DNA of 64,000 bases from a virus. Below the pieces are notes generated by a model. It searched no databases, was not told the origin of the DNA, and worked only from the letters and a program-made list of their open reading frames with translations. Shown piece after piece: positions 43,563 to 52,462 of this stretch. The stretch's first letter is position 1; each line of letters starts with the position of its first letter. Where the stretch lies: the IMG/VR virus record IMGVR_UViG_3300029520_000002. One strand, 5' to 3'. Made by a program: the position numbers and the translations under genes.

Positions 43563-44309
43563 ATGAAGACGAAAAGAGGTTGGAATTTTGGAGAATTTGA
43601 GATAACAAGAAGAGAGATTATCGCTAGTATTTCAATTATTGCAATAATGCTTCTTATTGGAGTATTAATTTCTTCCAAAATATCCGACTGGCAGATAAAC
43701 CAAAATGATAAATACAATAAAGCAGTAAAGATTGAGTCCGCGGATTTATTTCAGTATGGAATGGAAACCAATATTGGAAATGCTTTTGTATATGGCAAAT
43801 TAAAGGCTGTAGATACAGTTACTTACCCCGAAATCGGTGGCAAATACATTTATGTTAAGAAAGTAAAAGAAAAATACACCATGCATACCAGAAGAGTTTC
43901 ACATGGTTCTGGAAAGCATAAATATTACACCACAGAAACGTATTGGACGTGGGATTATGTAGGAAAAGAAAGCAAGAAAGCTAAAAAGATAAATTTCTGC
44001 GGAATTGATTTCAAAAGTAATAAAATTGTTCTTCCAGATGATGAGTACATTGATACGGTAAAAGAGTCAAGCCGTATCAGGTATAAGTACTATGGAGTTG
44101 GAACAAAGTACAAGGGAACAATCTTTACGTTGTTAAAAGACAAAACAATCAGCGATAAATCAGTGTTTTACAATAATAGAAATATCAATGAAACAGTTGA
44201 ACATTTAGAATCCGATATGCCGTTAATATTGTTTAGAATCGGTTGGATTTTACTAACCGGATTGGCAGTATTTGGATTTTATTACTTAAATAATGATTGG
44301 TTGGAATAA
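43563..44309 (+). CDS. membrane protein (N- and C-terminal TM helices)
   Basis: 248 aa, translationally coupled to the LemA gene. Confidence 0.6.
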   Translation: MKTKRGWNFGEFEITRREIIASISIIAIMLLIGVLISSKISDWQINQNDKYNKAVKIESADLFQYGMETNIGNAFVYGKLKAVDTVTYPEIGGKYIYVKKVKEKYTMHTRRVSHGSGKHKYYTTETYWTWDYVGKESKKAKKINFCGIDFKSNKIVLPDDEYIDTVKESSRIRYKYYGVGTKYKGTIFTLLKDKTISDKSVFYNNRNINETVEHLESDMPLILFRIGWILLTGLAVFGFYYLNNDWLE

Positions 44310-44331
44310 AAAAAGTCAGAGAGCCACATGA

Positions 44332-44377
44332 GAGCCAGACCAAATCCTAAGAAGAAAGGAGGTCTGGCTCTATTTTT
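44332..44377 (+). terminator. terminator-like hairpin whose loop contains the terL SD
   Basis: GAGCCAGAC (44332-44340) pairs with GTCTGGCTC (44362-44370). The loop carries AAAGGAGG, followed by tattttt and then the terL ATG. Confidence 0.5.
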
Positions 44378-46072
44378 ATGGGAAAAATTACAGAAGGCTC
44401 GCTTGAATGGTATCGGGCAGTGCTAAATCAAATTATCAATAGTGACATGACAATCTATCAAAATCAAAAAGATTGCCTCGATTTGCTCTTAAATATGAAT
44501 ATTGACCTTCCTTTCGACAAGAACCAAGAAGCACGGAAAATGGCTATGAAAGTAAGTCAATACTCACATAACATAGCAGAGAAGTGTGCTGCATTAACTG
44601 GTAGTGGTGACTTTGACGATATCTACTGGCAGTATTTGTTACTGGAAGCACCACATTTATTTGAAAGTTACTTGCTTTATATGGAAAAAAACAGACCAGG
44701 CAGCAAGAAATTTTATATTCCACGAAGAAAAACACTACATGTGGTAGCCCAAGACTTACAGGATTTGGAAGAAAGAAAAATAGAGTTTTATGGTTTATCG
44801 CTTCCAAGCCGTGTTGGAAAATCTACTATGTGTATTTTCTTTATGTCTTGGATAATGGGTAAAAGACCGAATAGCCATAGTGCCATGGGCGGTCATTCTG
44901 GAAAACTGGCAAAAGGATTCTATGGAGAACTTCTTAACCTCATTAATACACAGGAATACAACTACAGTGAAATTTTTCCGCAATCGAAACTTCAAAAACA
45001 GAGTGCTGATGATTTTGAAATAAACCTGGACAAGCCAGACCGATTTGCAACAATGACTTGCCGTGGTATTGAAGGTACTTGGACAGGTGCCGTTGATATT
45101 TCTTCTGATGGGTATTTGTACGTGGATGACCTTGTAAGAGATAGGCAACATTCATTAAGCCCTACCCGATTGGAAAATACATATCAAGAATATCTGAACA
45201 AGATGGTTGACCGTAAGATTGATGGTGCAAGAGAACTTATGGTTGGAACCAGATGGAATTTATATGACCCTCTTGGAAAAATCGAGAAGCTAAATCGGGA
45301 TAATCCAATGTATCGGTTTAGAAAAATTCCAGCTTTGAATGATGATGGTGAATCCAATTTCGATTATGAGTATGGCGTTGGATTTTCAACAAAATATTAT
45401 GTCGATATGAAAGCCAGGTTAGACGCTAACGAATGGGAAGCCAAATATCAGCAAAAGCCCTTCTTACGTGAAGGAATTGTGTTTGCAGCTGACGAATTAA
45501 GATATTATAACGGCGTTCTCCCAGAAGGTGGATTTGTTAAAAATGTTTCTGCTTGCGATGTTGCGTGGGGTGGTGGCGATAGCTTATCAATGCCAGTGGG
45601 TGCAGAATACGAAAATGGAGATGTATATATTTATGATTGGATTTTTAGCACAGCACCAAAAGAAGGAACATTGCCATTAGTTGTTGGAAGAATCATGGGA
45701 AATAATATTCAATCCATCAATTTTGAAGCAAATAATGGTGGAGATATGTATGCCTATTATGTAAATGAACGCTTGAAAGAACATAAATACGCTTGCAGCA
45801 CGACAAGTACAAAAGCACCTTCAAAACAAGCAAAAAAAGAAAAAATAAATCAATATTCCGGGGATGTTAAGCAAAATTTTATATTTTTGGCTCCGAAATA
45901 TCAAAATAAACAGTATCAAAAGGCTATGGATGAATTAACTACATTCGTCTATATTGGTGATAATGAACATGATGACGCTGCCGATGGAGTTACGCAGCTT
46001 GCAATAACGCTTGCCGGCAAAAGATTTGCAGAAGTAAAAGCAACCAAAAATTTTATGTGGGGAAGGAGATAG
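44378..46072 (+). CDS. terminase large subunit
   Basis: Walker A-like LPSRVGKST, Walker B-like YLYVDDLV, C-terminal nuclease-like acidic motifs (DVAWGGGDS, NEHDDAADG). 564 aa. Lies upstream of the portal. Confidence 0.8.
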   Translation: MGKITEGSLEWYRAVLNQIINSDMTIYQNQKDCLDLLLNMNIDLPFDKNQEARKMAMKVSQYSHNIAEKCAALTGSGDFDDIYWQYLLLEAPHLFESYLLYMEKNRPGSKKFYIPRRKTLHVVAQDLQDLEERKIEFYGLSLPSRVGKSTMCIFFMSWIMGKRPNSHSAMGGHSGKLAKGFYGELLNLINTQEYNYSEIFPQSKLQKQSADDFEINLDKPDRFATMTCRGIEGTWTGAVDISSDGYLYVDDLVRDRQHSLSPTRLENTYQEYLNKMVDRKIDGARELMVGTRWNLYDPLGKIEKLNRDNPMYRFRKIPALNDDGESNFDYEYGVGFSTKYYVDMKARLDANEWEAKYQQKPFLREGIVFAADELRYYNGVLPEGGFVKNVSACDVAWGGGDSLSMPVGAEYENGDVYIYDWIFSTAPKEGTLPLVVGRIMGNNIQSINFEANNGGDMYAYYVNERLKEHKYACSTTSTKAPSKQAKKEKINQYSGDVKQNFIFLAPKYQNKQYQKAMDELTTFVYIGDNEHDDAADGVTQLAITLAGKRFAEVKATKNFMWGRR

Positions 46073-46075
46073 AGT

Positions 46076-46498
46076 ATGATGACTACAGCTCAATATTTAC
46101 GACAAATTGAAAATTATGATAACAGAATCAAAAACAAGCTTATCGAAGAAGAACAGCTCAGTTCTCTTTCCACAAGTGTATCTGCAATTCCTGTTGGAGA
46201 AAAGGTACAAACTTCTGTAAAACGTGATCCGATGGGAGATATGGTTGCAAAGATATTTGATCTGCGAGAAGAGATTTCAAAAATGATATCCGAATTTTTA
46301 CAAAAAAGACAAGAAATAGTTCGAACTATAGAACAGGTTGAAGACCCGTTGCTATACGACATACTATTTAAGCATTATGTTGAGTACAAATCTTTGGTTC
46401 GCATTGCAGATGAGATGGGTTATTCAGAGATTCACATTAAAAAAAAGCATTTAAAAGCCATAGCAGAAATAAAAAAGATAAAAGGTTTCGAAAGATGA
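46076..46498 (+). CDS. DUF1492-like sigma-70 region-4-type transcriptional regulator
   Basis: MTTAQYLRQIENYDNRIKNK...DPLLYDILFKHYVEYKSLVRIADEMGYSEIHIKKKHLKAI. Confidence 0.6.
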   Translation: MMTTAQYLRQIENYDNRIKNKLIEEEQLSSLSTSVSAIPVGEKVQTSVKRDPMGDMVAKIFDLREEISKMISEFLQKRQEIVRTIEQVEDPLLYDILFKHYVEYKSLVRIADEMGYSEIHIKKKHLKAIAEIKKIKGFER

Positions 46499-46515
46499 TA
46501 CCGAAGTATACTGAA
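46493..46515 (+). repeat. 23-bp exact repeat, copy 1 (AGATGATACCGAAGTATACTGAA)
   Basis: Identical to 58103-58125. Overlaps the stop of the preceding gene and precedes a terminator. Confidence 0.9.
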
Positions 46516-46549
46516 AGATACTTTTAATATGTGTAAAATATAAAGTAGA

Positions 46550-46578
46550 GCATTGGATTAAAACATCCAGTGCTTTTT
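46550..46578 (+). terminator. intrinsic terminator
   Basis: GCATTGGAT pairs with ATCCAGTGC, followed by T5. Confidence 0.6.
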
Positions 46579-46592
46579 ATTTTGTAGAAAGG

Positions 46593-48089
46593 ATGGTTCG
46601 GCTCGTGAGAAATACAATGAATTTTGTAGATTTATGCCGAGGTGAGTTCGGGCGAAAAGTAGCCTACACAGGTGTTGACCGAATCACTCCACAAAATGTA
46701 GTAAAAGTAGTATCAGATACAATTGGCATACATAATAGAAACCGAACATTGATTGATTACTTGTATCGGTACATGAAAGGCGATCAGCCGATATTATACC
46801 GAAATAAAATAGTCCGTCCAGAAGTTAATAATAGAGTGGTAGAAAATCACGCATTTGAAACTGTAAAATTTAAAGCTGGACAGATTTGTGGAGAGCCAAT
46901 CCAGTATGTATGCAAAAAGAAAAATGCAGATGAAAAAATAAATGAGCAAGTTGACCTTTTAAATGATTATCTGGATGAAGCCAATGCAGATGCAAGAAAC
47001 ATCCAAAGGGCAATATACCAGAGCGCAACAGGAACTTCATATAAGGCTATTCTGAAAGAAGAGGACTGGACAAAAAACGGAGATTTACCACCGTTTAGAA
47101 TCTTCATTCCATATCCAGGTGATTGTTACATTGTATACTCACAGAGAAATGGGAAACCAATGCTTTCCGTGCAGATTTTAAAAGATGAAGATGAACAGCA
47201 ATATTATTTATGTTATTCAAAGAACCAGTTTTTTGAAATCAAGAATGGAAAAGTAACCAACTACGGCATCAATGGTTTTGGCGGGATTCCTATCGTTGAA
47301 TGTCCGAATAATCACGACAGACTTTCAGATGTTGAAATTGCAATCACCTTATTTGATGCAATTAATAAATATCAGTCTGATAGATTAAATGGCGTTGAAC
47401 AGTTTGTGCAAGCCTTTATGAAGTTTAAGAACTGCGAGGTAGATGAAAACGAGTTTTTGAAAATGGTAAAACTTGGTGCTATCTCTGTTAAAGATACTGG
47501 AAATGGCTGTCAGTCAGATGTTGAACTGATGACCGCTGAACTGAATCAATCAGAGAGCCAGGTTGCAAAGGACGATATCTACAATAATATGCTGATTGTG
47601 GAAGCAATGCCAAACCGCCAAAGCAATAGCGGAGGAGATACAGGAAATGCCGTATACCTTCGTAATGGATGGGACTTCGCAGAGAGAGATGCAAAATTGG
47701 TAGAAGCATTCACGAAGGAAGCTGAAAAGGAATCTGCCAGAATCATTCTGAATATTATTCGCGGCACATCAAATGATGTTAATATCTCAACGCGAGATTT
47801 CGATGTAAAGATAACCAGAAACCCGACAGACAATATGCTTGTAAAAGCACAGGCACTTGATTATCTGTTCAAAAATAAAATTCATCCGCTTATTGCACTG
47901 ATTACTTGTGGGCTATTTAGTGATCCACAGAAAGTTTATGAAATGAGCCTTCCTTATCTCGGAACAATTTATCCAGAACTGGCAGACCCAAAAGCAGAAG
48001 TGCAGAAAGCACAGCAATTACTTGACGGAAAGTTTCAAAATCCGTCCAAAACAGAACCAATGGAAAATTCTCCATCTAACGAAGAATGA
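46593..48089 (+). CDS. portal protein (SPP1 gp6-like)
   Basis: 498 aa directly downstream of terL. Has ...YLYRYMKGDQPILYR.... Alternative starts at GTG 46605 and ATG 46617. Confidence 0.75.
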   Translation: MVRLVRNTMNFVDLCRGEFGRKVAYTGVDRITPQNVVKVVSDTIGIHNRNRTLIDYLYRYMKGDQPILYRNKIVRPEVNNRVVENHAFETVKFKAGQICGEPIQYVCKKKNADEKINEQVDLLNDYLDEANADARNIQRAIYQSATGTSYKAILKEEDWTKNGDLPPFRIFIPYPGDCYIVYSQRNGKPMLSVQILKDEDEQQYYLCYSKNQFFEIKNGKVTNYGINGFGGIPIVECPNNHDRLSDVEIAITLFDAINKYQSDRLNGVEQFVQAFMKFKNCEVDENEFLKMVKLGAISVKDTGNGCQSDVELMTAELNQSESQVAKDDIYNNMLIVEAMPNRQSNSGGDTGNAVYLRNGWDFAERDAKLVEAFTKEAEKESARIILNIIRGTSNDVNISTRDFDVKITRNPTDNMLVKAQALDYLFKNKIHPLIALITCGLFSDPQKVYEMSLPYLGTIYPELADPKAEVQKAQQLLDGKFQNPSKTEPMENSPSNEE

Positions 48090-48254
48090 ACCAAATTTCG
48101 ATTATTTAAGGAGTTTTAGAGAAATCTAAGGCTTCTTTTTTAATACCCAAAATCAAATAAATTGCAACAGCCCGTGAGCGTAAATCGGGTACAGACCATG
48201 TGCGGAGCGAACCGTGTTGAAAAAGCGTATTGGACTGGAAGAAAGGAGATTTCA

Positions 48255-48902
48255 ATGACAAGAGAACAGGCAAAACAGGCACTTATCGGTATGGGAGTTG
48301 CAGAACCTTCCGAGGAACAGGTTTCTAAGCTTCTTGATTCTATTTCTGCTGAAACTAAGAAAGAGAAAGACAAAAATGTTTCTCTGAAGGAAAAAGCTGA
48401 AAAAGCAGATTCCCTGGAAAAAGAGTTGGAAGAGTTGAAAAAGCAGAACATGACCGAAGCAGAACGGCTAGAAGCTGAACGCAAGAAAGAAAAGGAAGCA
48501 GTGGATAAGGAGTTAGCTGATTTGAAAGCTGCGCTTGCAGAATCCAACAAAAAAGCCCTTACCAGTGAAATTACTTCTATGTTCGCAAATGCAGGACTTT
48601 CAACCGAAACATACGCGAGTGCTATTAAAGCATACGCATCTGCACCGTATGAGAAACCAGAAGATGCAATGAAAGAAGTCGAAACTTTTGTTAAGGGAGT
48701 TTCCGAAGCAAATAAAACAGCACTTGATACCGCAAAAGCAGCTTGGGAGAAAGAAGCATTGGAAAATACTCCTAATCCAGGAGGCGGTAGTGGTGGCAAA
48801 GCTACAGTAAAAAGCGATGCTGCTGAATTTGCAAAAGCTTACTCAGCAAAAATGAACCAGGAAACTAAATCAGCGGACGATAACGCCCCTGTAAATATTT
48901 AA
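48255..48902 (+). CDS. scaffolding protein
   Basis: Helical, Glu/Lys/Ala-rich. SD AAAGGAGA. Lies between the portal and capsid genes. Confidence 0.65.
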   Translation: MTREQAKQALIGMGVAEPSEEQVSKLLDSISAETKKEKDKNVSLKEKAEKADSLEKELEELKKQNMTEAERLEAERKKEKEAVDKELADLKAALAESNKKALTSEITSMFANAGLSTETYASAIKAYASAPYEKPEDAMKEVETFVKGVSEANKTALDTAKAAWEKEALENTPNPGGGSGGKATVKSDAAEFAKAYSAKMNQETKSADDNAPVNI

Positions 48903-48920
48903 GTAAAGGAGATATAAATA

Positions 48921-49265
48921 ATGGCTTTTATGAAAACAGAGCAGTATGAGTCCACTCCAAATATTCTCGAATCTGAGGTTGGACTTGTACTTAAAACCTA
49001 CACAGCAGACCAGACAAATGCTGAAACAGTTGGAAATAAGAAAATTATTAAAGCAGGTTCCGTATATCCAACAAATGCGACAGGTGCAATCGGAATTGTA
49101 TTTGAAGATGTTGATATGACAGATGATACTAAGAGACCAATTTCCGTGATTGTCGCAGGACGTGTTCTCGAAAAGAGACTTCCAGTAACAGTTGACACTA
49201 CTGCAAAAACAGAGCTTGAAAAAGCTGGAATTGTTTTTGTAGTCACAGAAGACCCAGTATTTTAA
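48921..49265 (+). CDS. head decoration protein (lambda gpD-like position and size)
   Basis: 114 aa immediately upstream of an E-like capsid gene. GAIGIVFEDVD...VIVAGRV pattern. Confidence 0.5.
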   Translation: MAFMKTEQYESTPNILESEVGLVLKTYTADQTNAETVGNKKIIKAGSVYPTNATGAIGIVFEDVDMTDDTKRPISVIVAGRVLEKRLPVTVDTTAKTELEKAGIVFVVTEDPVF

Positions 49266-49278
49266 GGAGGTATGACAA

Positions 49279-50316
49279 ATGCCATTTAATGTATTAGAAA
49301 CAATCACAGAGGAAGAGAGACTTAATTTCTCCCAGAGTTTTGATGTAAAAAGACCTGGTATCCTCGGTACCATTTTCCCGGATACAAAAACACAGTATTT
49401 GAAAGCTGAATACTACAGACTTATGGCTGGACAAAGACTGCCAGAGGTAGCTTTTGTTCATGCACTTGATACCGAAGCAGAAATTGGTTCCAGACCTGGT
49501 TTTGAAAAGGTACTGACCGAGAAGCTTTTCATTAAGAGAAAAATCAATCAGTCCGAGCGATTACAGCAAGCGATTGAAAATGGTGTTCCAGATGACAATA
49601 ATCTTAAAAAATTCGTATTTGATGATGCAGCCAATCTTTTTGAGGGCGTAGTTGCAAGAGCGAATGTAATGAAAGGTCAGTTCCTTTCAACTGGTGCTGT
49701 AAAAATCAAGGAAAATCATGTGGATATGAGCATTGATTACGGCGTTCCGTCCAGTGCAAAAGTAACAATGACGGACTGGTCTAAACCGGATGCAGATATC
49801 ATGGGTGATATCCAGAAGATGGTTGCCGTCGCAGAAGACAATGGTTTCGTGGTAAACAAAGCTCTTACTTCTCTCAAAATGATTAATTACATGAGAAATA
49901 ATACTGCAATGCAGACCGCAGTTCTTGGAGCTGCAAACAAGCGTCTTCTGACGAAACAGGAGCTTGCGAACCTTCTCATGCAGGAGTACGGAATTACAAT
50001 TGATCGCTGTGATGAAAAATATCGTTACAGAAAAGCAGACGGAACTCTGAAAACAGGAAGATACTTCAAAGAAGATGTGTTTACTTTGTATGAAGCAAAT
50101 GCGAATGGTTCCTTTGGTTCTGGTCTTTGGGGTGTAACGCCAGAAGAGCTTGAATACAGACAGTTTATCCAGGAAGAGAATCGTTCCTTTGTTACTCTTT
50201 CCATGTGGGCTACACCAGACCCAGTTGCAGTATGGACAAAAGCATCCGGCATGTTCGTTCCGGTCGCACCGAAAGCTAACGGCGGTATCGTAATCGGTAC
50301 CAAGGCGGGGGAATAA
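49279..50316 (+). CDS. major capsid protein (lambda gpE-like family)
   Basis: 345 aa. Position and size fit. SD AAGGAGGT. Confidence 0.75.
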   Translation: MPFNVLETITEEERLNFSQSFDVKRPGILGTIFPDTKTQYLKAEYYRLMAGQRLPEVAFVHALDTEAEIGSRPGFEKVLTEKLFIKRKINQSERLQQAIENGVPDDNNLKKFVFDDAANLFEGVVARANVMKGQFLSTGAVKIKENHVDMSIDYGVPSSAKVTMTDWSKPDADIMGDIQKMVAVAEDNGFVVNKALTSLKMINYMRNNTAMQTAVLGAANKRLLTKQELANLLMQEYGITIDRCDEKYRYRKADGTLKTGRYFKEDVFTLYEANANGSFGSGLWGVTPEELEYRQFIQEENRSFVTLSMWATPDPVAVWTKASGMFVPVAPKANGGIVIGTKAGE

Positions 50317-50411
50317 CCGGGCATAGTCTCGATGAAAACAGCCAGTCACCATCTGTAGTAAGTGCTTATGATACATCAACACACAAGTATACAGAAAACG
50401 AGTTGTCTAAT

Positions 50412-50516
50412 ATGACTGTATCTCAGTTAAGACAACTTGCAAGTGATAACGGCTATGCCCTAGCAGCAACTAATAAGGCTGGAATAATATCAGAGATTTT
50501 ATCTCAGCAAAGGTAG
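50412..50516 (+). CDS. small HeH/SAP (Rho-N-like) peptide
   Basis: MTVSQLRQLASDNGYALAATNKAGIISEILSQQR. Weak SD. The frame is also open upstream back into the capsid 3' end. Confidence 0.4.
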   Translation: MTVSQLRQLASDNGYALAATNKAGIISEILSQQR

Positions 50517-50524
50517 GTGATTAA

Positions 50525-50845
50525 ATGGACGAACAGCTTATAGAGGACTTGACAAATTATCTTGAAGATGATGCAGAAACTGCGAGGATGATTCCTCTTT
50601 CAGCAAAGAGGGCTATTCGTTCATTTAAGAAGAAAAGGAATTATCCTTCATCTTACAGTGATGAGAAAATAAATTCCGATATGGAAAACTGCTATGATTG
50701 CATTTTTGATTTGGCTCTTTTCTTTCTGGTGAAACAGGGAGCTGAATTTCAAGGATCACATTCCGAATCTTCTGTAAACAGAAATTGGACTTCTGAAACT
50801 GAAATATATGTAAATCATGGTGTTTTTCCATTTATCGGATTCTAA
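50525..50845 (+). CDS. head-tail connector (gp6-like) candidate
   Basis: 106 aa. N-terminus is MDEQLIEDLTNYLEDDAE.... Lies after the capsid. Confidence 0.4.
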   Translation: MDEQLIEDLTNYLEDDAETARMIPLSAKRAIRSFKKKRNYPSSYSDEKINSDMENCYDCIFDLALFFLVKQGAEFQGSHSESSVNRNWTSETEIYVNHGVFPFIGF

Positions 50846-50952
50846 GATGGTGTGTGCGTGATACGTCAATCCTCCCACGTATCGCAGGGGTGCTTCAAAT
50901 TAGGTGGGTAGAAGCAATATCTAAAAAATGGGAGTGATGGAAAGGAATAGCG

Positions 50953-51264
50953 ATGGGATGTGAACACGAGTGTATCAATGAACACCGCTTAAAAGAATTG
51001 GAAAGTGCCGTCCATGAGATGAAAGAAAAGCATTCCAAAAGGGATGGAGTTTTTTTTGAACGTATCAATGCTTTGGAACAGAAAATTGCTTTATACAACA
51101 ATGACCTGGGACACATTAAGGATACAGTTGACGAAATGAACGACAATTTAAAATCACTCATGGAAAAGCCAGGAAAGTTACAGGACAAAATAATTGCTTA
51201 TGTCATAACTGGCATAATTGGTATTGTTTTAGGCTTTGCCCTAAAAGGCATTTTCCCGGTGTAA
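50953..51264 (+). CDS. XhlA-like protein (coiled coil plus C-terminal TM)
   Basis: CEHECINEHRLKELESAVHEMKEK..., with C-terminal IIAYVITGIIGIVLGFALKGIF. Confidence 0.5.
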   Translation: MGCEHECINEHRLKELESAVHEMKEKHSKRDGVFFERINALEQKIALYNNDLGHIKDTVDEMNDNLKSLMEKPGKLQDKIIAYVITGIIGIVLGFALKGIFPV

Positions 51265-51296
51265 ATATTGATTCCACTAACAGGGAGGACAGTGGA

Positions 51297-51533
51297 ATGG
51301 ATGATTATAAAGACTTTTCAGAAGATGAAAGAATCTTCTATTTGCGTGAAGCTGGATTTGATTCCAGAGAAAAAGAGTTATTCCGATTGCGTGTTTATGA
51401 AGAAAAAACGCTTGCAGAAGCTTCAGAAATCATGGGGTACAGCACGAGAACCGTAGACCGCATAAACAGAAAATTAAAAAAGAAAATTATGAAAGTTGCC
51501 CCGATGTATTGTCGGGGCTTTTCTTTGTATTAA
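51297..51533 (+). CDS. sigma-70 region-4-like HTH regulator
   Basis: REKELFRLRVYEEKTLAEASEIMGYSTRTVDRINRKLKKK. The 3' end overlaps the terminator hairpin GCCCCGA/TCGGGGC. Confidence 0.6.
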   Translation: MDDYKDFSEDERIFYLREAGFDSREKELFRLRVYEEKTLAEASEIMGYSTRTVDRINRKLKKKIMKVAPMYCRGFSLY

Positions 51534-51539
51534 TAGAAA

Positions 51540-51568
51540 ATGGCGTATTTATGGCGTTATCATGGCGT
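51540..51568 (+). repeat. three direct ATGGCGT repeats at 11-bp spacing
   Basis: Copies start at 51540, 51551 and 51562, followed 22 nt later by TAAAAT (a -10-like element). Confidence 0.85.
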
Positions 51569-51626
51569 GTCAATCAACCTCTTATTATTGTAAAATATAG
51601 TTATAAAAACAAGGGAGGTTTGAGAT

Positions 51627-52124
51627 ATGCAGTATGGTAATCCGTATTTTGCACAACCATTTCAACAAATACAGCCGTATCAAGATAGATTAGCACAATT
51701 ACAGAATAGTTATCAGCAGGCAATTCCATACGGGCAGGCGCAGATTCAGCAACCAATACAACAAATGCCACAAGTACCACAAATCCCCATGTTGCAAGGA
51801 CAGATGGTCGATGGTATTGATACCGTAAAGGCAAAAGACGTAGATATGTCTGGAAACCCTGTTTATTATCCAAAAACAGATGGAACAGAAATATATAGAA
51901 AACAATTACAGGCAGATGGAAGAAGTAGAATTTTTGTTTATCGACTTATAAATCCGGAAGAACAACAGCAACCAAAGGCAGAAGAAAAACCAATTGACAT
52001 AGAAGCTATGTTTAATCAGCTTCGGAACGATGTTTGTTCTGAGATTTCCGAAATAAAGAGTATGTTTCCGACACAAATGTCGGGAACACCGGAACTCAAG
52101 CAGAATGGAGGTAAACAGAGATGA
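51627..52124 (+). CDS. Gln/Pro-rich protein of unknown function
   Basis: MQYGNPYFAQPFQQIQPYQDRLAQLQNSYQQAIPYGQAQIQQPIQQMPQVPQIPMLQGQ.... SD AAGGGAGG. Confidence 0.6.
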   Translation: MQYGNPYFAQPFQQIQPYQDRLAQLQNSYQQAIPYGQAQIQQPIQQMPQVPQIPMLQGQMVDGIDTVKAKDVDMSGNPVYYPKTDGTEIYRKQLQADGRSRIFVYRLINPEEQQQPKAEEKPIDIEAMFNQLRNDVCSEISEIKSMFPTQMSGTPELKQNGGKQR

Positions 52125-52366
52125 ATTTTAGTCCAAACGCCATGATGAAAAAGCAATTTGAGAAAATGATTACTCAGAGGTTCGGAAGTGTTGATAACAT
52201 GATAAACGATATGAGTAAATTTGCAGGGAATAATCCAACATTAAAAAATGCGTTGGATTTATACAAAAAAGGTGATACAGACCAGTTGCATCAAATACAG
52301 CAAAATGTATTTAATGAAAAACACTTATCACCAGATGGAATTATACAGAAATTCCTTGGATTATAA
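52121..52366 (+). CDS. hypothetical protein
   Basis: 81 aa with SD GGAGGT. Confidence 0.55.
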   Translation: MNFSPNAMMKKQFEKMITQRFGSVDNMINDMSKFAGNNPTLKNALDLYKKGDTDQLHQIQQNVFNEKHLSPDGIIQKFLGL

Positions 52367-52462
52367 CACTTCCCCATAATTGGGTGATTAAGAATCGCTA
52401 CAATTTGGGACGACAGCCGCGGATGTCTCCTATTGTAAATAAAATTTAAGGAGACTAAAAAC

